DNA from: an uncultured delta proteobacterium
GTDB lineage: Bacteria; Desulfobacterota; Desulfomonilia; Desulfomonilales; Desulfomonilaceae
NCBI GenBank assembly: GCA_963789265.1
Contig: CAWBKB010000005.1
Location: 416,001 to 480,000, forward strand
Direction: 5' to 3'
Length of the DNA stretch: 64,000 nucleotides
In this document: positions 50,450 to 59,776 of the stretch, piece by piece
How positions within the stretch are numbered: position 1 is the stretch's first letter
Layout: the number at the start of each line of letters is the position of its first letter
Program-made: the position numbers and the translations under genes
Notes under the pieces: model-generated
What the model was told of the DNA's origin: nothing
The model's input: the letters and a program-made list of their open reading frames with translations, nothing else
Database searches by the model: none

Positions 50450-52042
50450 CTATGCCACCCAAACCGCTTTCAAGTAGGAACCGGCAAAATCCACTATTAA
50501 CACGGGCTGATTGGCTTCAAGATCCCACGAGACAAAGTACGTGAATTGATCTACGAGCGAGTCCTCTTCTTTGTCCAGGTTCGATTTCAGCCAATCCTGC
50601 GCTTTTCTAACCGTGGCCCGTATCATTCGGTCTATGGCCATTGACTCATTGAGACCTTTGAGAGCGGGGACGCTCTGGAGTTGCTCGACCGCCTCTTCCC
50701 AGTGAATTCCATCTATCTTCCGCCGCAACACATACCCGTTGCCTCGATCGCGAATTATCAGGAGGGGAAGGTTGACATGCGCCGCCGAGTTGCGGATTCT
50801 GAGGCCCCCCAATTTAGGGGCCAGGACTCCCAGCAATTCCTTTCTTCGTTCCAGTTGAGGAAGCATTCTCGCTTGAATACGCTCGAAGATAAAAGCGTTC
50901 CCCTCAATGGTGATTTCTTTAAGTCGGGTGGGATCGAAACCAAGGTCCAGCAAATCGCCGATGGTTAAGGTGTCACTGGAGGGGATACCCTTTTCTTCCA
51001 TCCATGACACTAGATTTGGCCGTCGATAATTGGGAAGAGATTCGATGATCCTGGCGGGATGCTTTTTCAGCGCCTCCGGTAGATGAAACCACAATTCCTT
51101 GTCACCGGTTTGAAACGAGGGGCTGCCAGCCAAATCTCTAGGGGCGTACGACTGCATCGGTAGTTCACGGATCTCTGGATCCAAGACGATTTGCTCCAAA
51201 GACTCCCCCCCCGTGTAACCTAGCAGTAGTGATATGCGACGGCGAAATCCAAGGTATTTGGTGACGAATCGAGTGAACATGAAACGAATAAAAGAATCAT
51301 TCTTGCCACGGCGAACACCCTTCTCGAAATATGTGACTAGTGCCGCGTAAAGTTCTTTGAATTCATCGATGGTGCGCCTCACCATCAATTCGTTGTCTCT
51401 CATGTCAATGGTGGGTCGCTTCCTTTTGAGATGATGAACCAGCTTCAGGACGGCATCTCTGAGGTCGCGTTGGGCCAGTGCGGGCGGCACAAAGACCATA
51501 TACTGGCTTTCGCGGTCCGACGCGGGCCCCCCCGTAATTGCATCAACGGGCTTCCAATCAAGTTTCAGATAAATGTCATAAGTGGGTTCTTCTTCGGGAA
51601 TAATGTTATCCAGAATTCCTACAGCGGCCTTCTCCACGAGAAAATCACGGAACGCCAGGAGAATAAGGTTTCCGAGTCCCTTGTTCCGGAATGGGGCCGT
51701 CACTTCGACATACACCAGATAGTAACAAGGAATCGGCTTCTTCAGGTACAACATGTTGAGACGACCGAGGTTTTCACCAGTTGTCGCGTTGATCTCCAAG
51801 ACCTTGAAACCGTTATGAGCATCTTCCTGTTCAAGACGGTCTATTTTGGCCCCCGACACCGTGGCATCCACGAGGTCCCACAGTTCGGAGAAAAGATCGG
51901 CAACCATCGGAGAATTGGAGGAATCAAGGCGTCCTCCCTCGTCCATCAGGCTTATAAGCGCAAGTCGATCGTTAAGGCCCAGCCGCTTATGTTCCGGGTC
52001 GGAAGGCTTCGACGAGGTTTCCCGGGCTGGCGGTCCGTTCAT
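50450..52042 (-). CDS. Large hypothetical protein with an N-terminal GNAT-like domain
   Basis: Long ORF with acetyl-CoA-binding-like YVEVTAPFRNKGLGNLIL; remainder not recognised. Confidence 0.65.
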   Translation of the reverse strand: MNGPPARETSSKPSDPEHKRLGLNDRLALISLMDEGGRLDSSNSPMVADLFSELWDLVDATVSGAKIDRLEQEDAHNGFKVLEINATTGENLGRLNMLYLKKPIPCYYLVYVEVTAPFRNKGLGNLILLAFRDFLVEKAAVGILDNIIPEEEPTYDIYLKLDWKPVDAITGGPASDRESQYMVFVPPALAQRDLRDAVLKLVHHLKRKRPTIDMRDNELMVRRTIDEFKELYAALVTYFEKGVRRGKNDSFIRFMFTRFVTKYLGFRRRISLLLGYTGGESLEQIVLDPEIRELPMQSYAPRDLAGSPSFQTGDKELWFHLPEALKKHPARIIESLPNYRRPNLVSWMEEKGIPSSDTLTIGDLLDLGFDPTRLKEITIEGNAFIFERIQARMLPQLERRKELLGVLAPKLGGLRIRNSAAHVNLPLLIIRDRGNGYVLRRKIDGIHWEEAVEQLQSVPALKGLNESMAIDRMIRATVRKAQDWLKSNLDKEEDSLVDQFTYFVSWDLEANQPVLIVDFAGSYLKAVWVA

Positions 52043-52478
52043 GGCTTGTGATCCTTCAACGTGGCTCTTGGGCACTGAGGAGTGGCAAAAATCAAAAAAA
52101 AAGCGGAGTCTCTGCTCCGCCTTGTGTTTCGATATGTTCAATCGTCCTACTCAGCGTAGCAGCATCTTGCTCCCTTTGCTAAAATAAAAGCAAAAATATG
52201 ATTTATCGGTGAGAATCATCTGTTGTTCCTTCTGCCTTATTTCATATCCGCGCTTACGGGGTTTGTCAACATTGTTTTGCTCGGGATTACGATTATTCAG
52301 TTTGAAGAGGAAGAAAATGGTATCGCGGCTGCCGAGAATCTGTCGGTATGTTTGGCCGTGTTCGAGACGTTGGCAATGATTTTCGATTCTTCAGAAATCT
52401 GGGAGCGCCTCGCTGCTGGTTGAATCGTTGTCTATCTGCGTGTTGTAGAATCCATTACCCTTTGGCCGGGCTGATCCG

Positions 52479-53210
52479 TCAGCGCGTCGGCCCACGCACC
52501 CGGTGCTTAGCAGCAGCGGCTCCCTCGAGAATTTTGTTGGTCCATTGTACGATCTTGGCGCGCCATTCAGGGTTTGTTTCAAATTCCAGGGCCTTCTCGA
52601 AGTAACTCATTGCTTGGACCTTCTTGCCGGCCAGCATGCAGGCTATGCCCATATTCTCCAATGCCTCACGGTTGCCAGGATTAATTTTGAGAACCCATTG
52701 GTAGTCCTTTATTGCAGCATCGTATTTGCCCAGGCCCTCATAAGCCAATCCACGACCGAGGTACGCTTCTGCCGAAGAAGGGGCCAGCTTTATTGCATGG
52801 TCGTAGTCCTCCAAGGCCGCTTCGTGCTCCAAGTTAAAATTCTTGACATCCCCGCGAAGGATGTAGCCTCTAGGATTGGACGGTTTAAGCTCGATATAGC
52901 GAGTGAAGTCTTTGATTGCTTTTCCGGGAATGCCACGCAGATCGTACGCTTTGCCACGCAATAGATAGGCCTCGGAAAGATTCGGGTTTCGACGTATCGC
53001 GGCGGAGAACGAGTGAATCGCCAGACCAAAACGGCTCCTTTCCAACTGGACCTTCCCCCGAGCCATGAGAATTTTGGCTGATCGCCCGACTCTTGGAGGT
53101 GTAACCTTTAGGTGGTTTCGAGCTACAGACCATTGAGGCAACAGGGCGGTCATGGTAAGGGCAATTAATGCCTGGAAAAGGGAATGAGTACGGGGCGAAG
53201 ATATGGCCAT
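52479..53210 (-). CDS. Secreted TPR protein
   Basis: Signal-like N-terminus and several TPR repeats (AYLLRGKAY, AYLGRGLAY). Confidence 0.85.
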   Translation of the reverse strand: MAISSPRTHSLFQALIALTMTALLPQWSVARNHLKVTPPRVGRSAKILMARGKVQLERSRFGLAIHSFSAAIRRNPNLSEAYLLRGKAYDLRGIPGKAIKDFTRYIELKPSNPRGYILRGDVKNFNLEHEAALEDYDHAIKLAPSSAEAYLGRGLAYEGLGKYDAAIKDYQWVLKINPGNREALENMGIACMLAGKKVQAMSYFEKALEFETNPEWRAKIVQWTNKILEGAAAAKHRVRGPTR

Positions 53211-53616
53211 CAGATTTAACCACGAGCGGAAAGGTTTTACATCAGCGCCGGATAATCCGGAGCGACTTTCTCATGCAAATCAATTCTATTACTTGCTCTC
53301 TCCATTGCCAATATCTTCGCGAGGTGACAACAAAGCTTCATGGCTCGTCAGGTGCCGATGAAAGTGGACTCGTCGTCTATTCCTGAGATAGAATGGCGAG
53401 GCATCGGGAGCGCCCGCAAAACTTCTTTTCGTTCCAACTTCATGCTGTATCGGCGCGCCGCTCAAAGGGCGCTCGGCCGAGGATTCTTCAAGGGGGGTAC
53501 CCTTGTGCATTGAACATTTTCGGCCCAGGTTGGTAAAAAAAGATAGCTATTTGCTGGGTTTTCGCAAAAGATTTTTCCGCATTTGACTGTTGTGGGGAGA
53601 AGAATTTTGAGTCCGA

Positions 53617-55524
53617 ATGGAGGTGCAGTGCGAAAAATCGATAGGGATGGTTATGCCAGCTTCATCTAATGGTCGAGAACCTGCAATTGGACTTGGCTGG
53701 GCTTATCTTTTGAATGCAGGGGTTGCCACCCTGTTCTGGATGTATTTCCTGTCCGGTGGGTTCAGCGCTCCGGGAATCCTTGACGGGTACTACAATATCC
53801 AAGCTGCTGCGCTCGCCAAGGGATGCCTTGCTATAGGCTGCGGTTCCACTAGCTCGTTCTACCCTGATGCCAGCCTGTTTATGGGCCAGTACTATTTCTA
53901 TTGGGGGTTGCTTCCATCGGTCGGTTATCTAGGGTTGAGTACGGTGCTCGGGAAGCTTGTGGGGCAGTATGCGCTTGTGGCCGCGTTTCTCTTCAGTTTG
54001 ACCTACTTTTATCAACGCATTATCGGCGAAATCGTCGGGGGAGCGCTGGATACAGCTCCGAATGCCGGAAAGCTCTGGCGTTTCAGCTCATTACCACTGC
54101 TTTGGCTCTTTCTCTTCAATCTCCCTTTCCCACAGCTTTGGCATGCCCAGCCCAGTTACGAGCCCATCTGGTTTTTCGACCGATTCAGCATTTACGAGCA
54201 ACAGATCCTCTTTGCGCTCGCGCTGGCGATGCCGGGCATTTTCGTACTGGTTAGAGGGCTAACACGCGGCAGTGCCCAGCTGGTGGCGGTTTCCACTGTT
54301 TTGTTCTCTATGGCAGCATGGACGAGAGGCACATGGTTCATCCTGGCCTTCCTGTCCATTCCTGTAGCAGCGGTGTTCATAGCGAAATTCGCCCGACAAG
54401 AATGTGACAACTACACGATGAGGAAAAGTGCTATCTGGCTTGCGGTCTCTGTGATGCTCTTGGGCGGGCTGCTAGTGTGGAATTATGTCAGATTCGAATC
54501 ATTCTTTGACTTCGGGGAATACGCGCACCAGCATCCGGTTGGGGCCGCGTATCTGCGCGTCATGTCAGCGCATGTGTCGCCCGCAACGAAGCTCTGGAAT
54601 GCCATGTTCAACGTCATTTCGTACTACGGCTCTCCAGGGCTCTCACGAGGGCTAGGGCTTGACCAGAAAGTGTTCGCGGTTCGGGAGGGGATGTTTCCGT
54701 ATTTCTTCTCCTACAATCCGCTACTTTTACCCCTGCTGGTCCTTTTTCCCCTCGGGATGTACCGTGCAGCGAAATCCAGCGTCCGACTGTTTGTCACCAT
54801 GACGGTTCTTGCCGTCGTGGCCCTTTACATGAACCTCGTTATCATAGGTTTGGGACTCGTCGTTCTCATGAGATATTTTATAGAATTCTATTATCTGATC
54901 ATCCTGGTTCTGTTTGGTGTACTTGTCGCTTTGGTGCCTTTTCGGATCGCCTTCCTGGCGATGGCGATCGCAATCTCGCTGTACCTGCCTGACAATATCT
55001 CTCAGTTTATCCACAAAAGGCCCGAACTAAGACTATTGCCCGCCCAGGGCGTACAAATCCGTCACACGAGTTCTCACACACCCTTTGTAGTCAAAGATGC
55101 TGTGTGGCCGCGAGGATGTGTTGCCGCGGAAACGGCCCGCGCCTTCACGGACTACAATGTCATAGGCTTCTCACCAGGCCCTGAAGGATCTCTTCTGGCA
55201 TCTGACGTCGCGGCAGCATTCGTCATTCCAGAGACATCCGGGTCGCGAGCAGAAGGGAAGCTGACGGTACAAGGCCTGAGATCTCTGATGACCTATGGGA
55301 AAGTGCTCTTTCTCGTGGACGATCGACAGATCGGATCTATCCGAGTAAACCCCGAAGCGCCTGTCGATGCTTCGATGCCCGTACGTTTCGAATTGCGAAA
55401 GGATGCACCGCACAAGATCCTCATGATCTTCTTACCCTTGGACCATGCCTATTCGCCGCCGCTCCCACCGCCGATGCCGGTGCTACTGCTGAGAAGTGTT
55501 AGTCTTTCCGCGAAAGTCAAGTAG
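53617..55524 (+). CDS. Polytopic membrane protein, possibly a GT-C-like glycosyltransferase
   Basis: More than 10 hydrophobic segments; loop YYNIQAAAL...DASLFMGQYYFYWG; soluble C-terminal domain. Confidence 0.6.
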   Translation: MEVQCEKSIGMVMPASSNGREPAIGLGWAYLLNAGVATLFWMYFLSGGFSAPGILDGYYNIQAAALAKGCLAIGCGSTSSFYPDASLFMGQYYFYWGLLPSVGYLGLSTVLGKLVGQYALVAAFLFSLTYFYQRIIGEIVGGALDTAPNAGKLWRFSSLPLLWLFLFNLPFPQLWHAQPSYEPIWFFDRFSIYEQQILFALALAMPGIFVLVRGLTRGSAQLVAVSTVLFSMAAWTRGTWFILAFLSIPVAAVFIAKFARQECDNYTMRKSAIWLAVSVMLLGGLLVWNYVRFESFFDFGEYAHQHPVGAAYLRVMSAHVSPATKLWNAMFNVISYYGSPGLSRGLGLDQKVFAVREGMFPYFFSYNPLLLPLLVLFPLGMYRAAKSSVRLFVTMTVLAVVALYMNLVIIGLGLVVLMRYFIEFYYLIILVLFGVLVALVPFRIAFLAMAIAISLYLPDNISQFIHKRPELRLLPAQGVQIRHTSSHTPFVVKDAVWPRGCVAAETARAFTDYNVIGFSPGPEGSLLASDVAAAFVIPETSGSRAEGKLTVQGLRSLMTYGKVLFLVDDRQIGSIRVNPEAPVDASMPVRFELRKDAPHKILMIFLPLDHAYSPPLPPPMPVLLLRSVSLSAKVK

Positions 55525-55708
55525 CCCCTGCATTCTCGCGTCGGCATAACAATTGTGTCCTACTTCTTAGAGCCGCTCGGAGTTTCATTAAAATACGATA
55601 CGCATCGCATCACCATGGACTAAAGAGAGAACCCGCTCGGCTCCGCATATTGGAAAAAACAAGTGAAAGCGGTGCAACTCGATCCGCGTGACTTAGAGCA
55701 ATCCTTGC

Positions 55709-55919
55709 GAAACTGTCTCAAAACCCCCTGAACAGGACGAAATCGTAACACGAAATCCCCTCACCCTGACCCTCCCCCAAAGAGCGAGGGGACTCCAATA
55801 GCCTCTTTGGTACAGCTCCCTCTCCCTCTGGGAGAGGGTTGGGGTGAGGGTAACAACTAGACGAATGAGACCTAATCGTGGCACGATGTTGGGCATCAAG
55901 ATAGTTTTGAGACAGTTTC
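55709..55919. mobile_element. MITE (211 bp), 16-bp TIR, 4-bp TSD TTGC; same family as 43647-43852
   Basis: GAAACTGTCTCAAAAC...GTTTTGAGACAGTTTC flanked by TTGC; internal CCCTCACCC/GGGAGAGGG repeats. Confidence 0.85.
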
Positions 55920-56089
55920 TTGCTACTTGCGCGTTATCCCATGGCTATATCTCGAGCGTGGTTCGCGGCATTGACCGCCGGATCCTTTCCTTATCCCGGA
56001 AGGTCCCGATACTATCCGTCTGACTCCACAAGTGGTACATATTGCGGGGCAGGTTGCGACGACAATTCGTTTCAGGGAGTGAGACTACC

Positions 56090-56866
56090 ATGGAATATCG
56101 GGACATTATCGTTGATTCTCACGGCGAGATCGGCTCGATCACGATGAATTCTCCAAAAACCATTAACGCTCTGTCAAAGAGCCTCATTGGAGAAATGATT
56201 TCAGCCCTCGAGGCCCTCGGAGCCGATTCTCGGTTGAAAGTGATCATAATCAAAACGAGTGGAAAGCATTTCTCCTCCGGCCATAACCTGACGGAGATGG
56301 TGGACGGTACCAATGGCGAATACAGGTTCATTTTCGAACAGTGTACGCGAATGATGACCATGATTCATCAGGTCCCTCAGATTGTGATAGCCCAGGTTCA
56401 TGGCGTGGCCACTGCTGCCGGATGCCAACTTGTTGCGACCTGCGATCTGGCAGTCGCCGACGAGACTGCCAGGTTCGGAACGCCCGGGGTAAGAATCGGC
56501 CTCTTCTGCACAACCCCTATGGTGGCACTGAGTCGGGCGGTGGGGCGCAAGCGCGCACTCGAAATGCTGATGACCGGCCGGCTCATATCGGCTCAAGAAG
56601 CAGAGCGGTATGGTCTGATAAACAAGGTCGTGCCCGAGGGAGAATTAGAAAAGGCTACCGATGATCTGGCCTTGTCGATCGTGGAGGCCAGCCCGCTGGT
56701 GCTGAAGATTGGAAAGCGAGCTTTCTACGATCAAATCGAACAAGACGAACTGCACGCATACGCGTATGCAGGTAACGTGATTACGTTAAACCTCATAGCG
56801 GAGGACGCGCAAGAAGGGATCAAAGCTTTCCTCGAAAAAAGGAAGCCCGTATGGAAAGGCCGGTGA
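56090..56866 (+). CDS. Enoyl-CoA hydratase/isomerase family protein
   Basis: FSSGHNL, ATAAGCQLVATCDL, PGVRIGLFCTTP, EGIKAFLEKRKPVW. Confidence 0.92.
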   Translation: MEYRDIIVDSHGEIGSITMNSPKTINALSKSLIGEMISALEALGADSRLKVIIIKTSGKHFSSGHNLTEMVDGTNGEYRFIFEQCTRMMTMIHQVPQIVIAQVHGVATAAGCQLVATCDLAVADETARFGTPGVRIGLFCTTPMVALSRAVGRKRALEMLMTGRLISAQEAERYGLINKVVPEGELEKATDDLALSIVEASPLVLKIGKRAFYDQIEQDELHAYAYAGNVITLNLIAEDAQEGIKAFLEKRKPVWKGR

Positions 56867-56928
56867 AACAATCATTCGGAGGAAATTTCAGGCAGAGGCA
56901 ACTTGCCCGAACTTCCTCCATCGGAACT

Positions 56929-57246
56929 TCATTTTTCCCGGGCGGACAGCAATTCATCCGTCCACGCGTACGCCGCGATCATTGCTGGAAACCCTACTAT
57001 GGTCGCCGATAAGAGAACTGTCTGAGTTATCTCTTCTTCAGTGGCTCCCGCGTCCAGTGCCCGCCGCGCGTGGGATCGAACTCCCCCCTTGGAAGCCATT
57101 CCAATGGAAATTCCAAGCTGGATTAGATGTTGGGCCTTAAGATCAATAGGCCCGGCTGCCGTGCAAAGATCCCCAACTTTTCGGTATGCATCGGCTATTT
57201 CACCATGCCTGTCCATAAACTTCTTGAAGATTTCCGGCAAGTACAT
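56929..57246 (-). CDS. Carboxymuconolactone decarboxylase (AhpD-like) family protein
   Basis: GPIDLK..HLIQLGI, HARRALDAGATEEEI, GFP; AAGGAGG RBS. Confidence 0.85.
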   Translation of the reverse strand: MYLPEIFKKFMDRHGEIADAYRKVGDLCTAAGPIDLKAQHLIQLGISIGMASKGGVRSHARRALDAGATEEEITQTVLLSATIVGFPAMIAAYAWTDELLSAREK

Positions 57247-57544
57247 GTTCGTTCCTCCTTACAATGTAGCCCGGTCGGCTTATGCTACCGGTAGCCCCTG
57301 ATATTACCTTTTGGATCCACGGTATGCCCAGTGAAAAATGGTGAGAAATTGCGGAACCATCTGGAAGCCCCTTAGCGTCAGCATTTCTCGAACCCGTCCT
57401 CAATCGCAGAGCGTTGACACTTCAGCTTCGAAGTCTGATATTGTGATTATAGTGATTCAACTTTACTTGACGCGTAATCTACAAATCCAAAAGCAAAAGG
57501 TTTATCACTTGTAGAGATTTAGACGGGAGTTTGAGAAGCAAAGA

Positions 57545-58486
57545 ATGAATCATCCTGGAGAACTAGCCAATGAACTTGTCCGGTCAATTTCTAAGGTTCT
57601 AATAGGCAAGGAAAGACAGGTCAAAAATGTGGTTGTTGCACTGCTCGCACGGGGCCACGTTTTGATTGAGGATATCCCCGGAGTGGGCAAGACCTTGTTG
57701 GCACTGGCGACAGCTCGCTCCATGGGAGTTCGCTTTAGACGGATCCAATTTACCAGCGATACACTTCCGTCGGACGTCCTTGGGGTCAATGTGTATGACC
57801 CTAAGAATTCAGACTTCGAGTTCCGAGAGGGCCCCATCTTTACAGAAGTCCTTTTGGCTGACGAAATCAACAGAACCTCACCACGTACACAGTCAGCTCT
57901 CTTGGAGGCCATGGCAGAGGGAAAGGTCTCGGTGGATGGGACTACTTACAATTTGGCTTCGCCTTTTTTTGTTCTGGCCACCATGAACCCGGTTGAACGC
58001 TTCGGCTCCTTCGAGCTGCCGGAAAGTCAATTGGATCGGTTCATGATGTCGATCAGCCTTGGATATCCCGACCGCGGCCATGAACGAGAGATCTTTACAA
58101 GGGATATAGAACATTTTCATGCGGAACAACTGCAAGCGGTGACTGATCCCCAGATAATAAGACAGCTCCAGGACAAAGTACGCGAAGTGCGGGTCGAGCC
58201 GTCGATTATGGAATACCTGCTAGATCTGGTCAGAGCCACCCGGGAGCATTCCGCCCTAAGGCTAGGGCTTTCTTCCAGGGCAGGTTTGCACCTGAAACGC
58301 GCTACCCAGGCCGCGGCCCTTCTCGACATGCGAGATTACGTTATCCCGGCCGATCTCCGAAGTATATTTCTTCCCGTTACGTTGCACAGGATCCTTTTAC
58401 CCGGGGGCTCAATGGACGGGCGAGGACGGGAAGGGAAAAGAGACGTGTTAAACCAGATCTTGCGGTCAGCGACCGGCCCGGTATAA
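57545..58486 (+). CDS. MoxR family AAA+ ATPase
   Basis: EDIPGVGKT, RIQFTSD, LADEINRTSPRTQSALLEAM, LPESQLDRF. Confidence 0.95.
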   Translation: MNHPGELANELVRSISKVLIGKERQVKNVVVALLARGHVLIEDIPGVGKTLLALATARSMGVRFRRIQFTSDTLPSDVLGVNVYDPKNSDFEFREGPIFTEVLLADEINRTSPRTQSALLEAMAEGKVSVDGTTYNLASPFFVLATMNPVERFGSFELPESQLDRFMMSISLGYPDRGHEREIFTRDIEHFHAEQLQAVTDPQIIRQLQDKVREVRVEPSIMEYLLDLVRATREHSALRLGLSSRAGLHLKRATQAAALLDMRDYVIPADLRSIFLPVTLHRILLPGGSMDGRGREGKRDVLNQILRSATGPV

Positions 58487-58606
58487 AGATTCAAACACCC
58501 CGGCTTTTTGTCAAGAATAGCAGCACCTTGCCAGGCTGCGTCTCTCAAAACTGCTCATGACATCTGAGTTGCTCATCATGACTTTTATCGGCGCTATCGG
58601 GTTGTC

Positions 58607-59776
58607 TTGTCGATGTCCTTTCCGGCGCGCGAAACGGGAGTGCGTGAAATGACACCGTTTGCCGCCAAACCCTCAAGGTACGAACGCCGCACCCGGGTGG
58701 GGCCTATCGTTCCCCCGCAATCCGAATTGCGCGATCCGTCGGTGTATTCGACGATTGACGGCGAATCGGCGTCGCAGCCCGAGGTCAGCGTGCGCGTGCG
58801 GCCAACGCTCGCCGGCTGGATTTTGATCTTTCTTTTTGTCTGGATTCCGCTCACCGCGATCGGCACCGCGAACAACTTTCTGCTCATAATATTTTCCATG
58901 ATAGTCGGCCTTATGTTGATCTCGCACCGGCTAGGTGGAAGAAATGTCAAGACCGTTCGTTTGTCAAGACGCTTTCCTGATGAGATTTTTGCAGGAAAGA
59001 CATTTGCCGTAAGATATGTGATTAAAGCCGACAGGCGGCCGTGGGGGGCAATCACACTGAAGTTCGTGGAAGGCCCGCCTCTCCAAGGCACCCCGGAAGG
59101 GGTGGCGTTCTTTCGCGTACCCCCTGGCGAAGCGGTCAGCGCGAGAGGATTCTTCTCGATATCCAGTCGAGGATATAAACAGATTTTACCTGGGGTTCTC
59201 ACATCGGCGTTTCCTTTCGGACTGGCCTCGTATTCGCGTAAGTGTGGACCGCCAGAGTCAGTGCTTGTTTTCCCTCGGATTTGCCCAGTGCAGAGCGACA
59301 TTCCACCTTGGGTAGGCGGGTACGGAAAGGGATTGGAAAGGGCCGATCCCTTAGGGACTGTTCCCTATCAGTTCCGAGAGTACGTGCCGGGCGATCCTTA
59401 TAAATATATCGAATGGAAAAAGACCGCCGGCACCGGAAGGCTTATTACCAAAGTGTTGTCGGACGAGGGAACCAGAGAAATTACCATTCGTCTGCCGGCG
59501 CTAGCCTCCGAAAGGGCCATATCAAGGGCCGCTTCACTGGTCGTTCATTTCGCCGAATCATCCCGACCGATTTGTCTTCAGGGCCCGGGTCTGCTGCTTG
59601 GCCCGGGGAGAGGCAAAGAGTTTGCCTTAAAGATCCTGACCAGGCTTGCACGATGGGAAAGCAGCCCCGAAGATGCTGTCTTACCTGATCACGCATCCGA
59701 CATCATGGTACAAATAGACGAAGCAGGTGAATTCCTTTGGAGCCGTCCGGGGGAACGTAATGAACGTATTTCCTGA
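58607..59776 (+). CDS. DUF58 domain protein
   Basis: TM pair, FPFGL, LVFP, FREYVPGDP...IEWKKTA; between MoxR and the transglutaminase gene. Start uncertain. Confidence 0.88.
   Translation: MSMSFPARETGVREMTPFAAKPSRYERRTRVGPIVPPQSELRDPSVYSTIDGESASQPEVSVRVRPTLAGWILIFLFVWIPLTAIGTANNFLLIIFSMIVGLMLISHRLGGRNVKTVRLSRRFPDEIFAGKTFAVRYVIKADRRPWGAITLKFVEGPPLQGTPEGVAFFRVPPGEAVSARGFFSISSRGYKQILPGVLTSAFPFGLASYSRKCGPPESVLVFPRICPVQSDIPPWVGGYGKGLERADPLGTVPYQFREYVPGDPYKYIEWKKTAGTGRLITKVLSDEGTREITIRLPALASERAISRAASLVVHFAESSRPICLQGPGLLLGPGRGKEFALKILTRLARWESSPEDAVLPDHASDIMVQIDEAGEFLWSRPGERNERIS

Noticed and set aside
56929..57246. AhpD-like protein as another selenoprotein
   Set aside because: No CxxC/CxxU motif and no internal TGA; the domain is complete at its stop.
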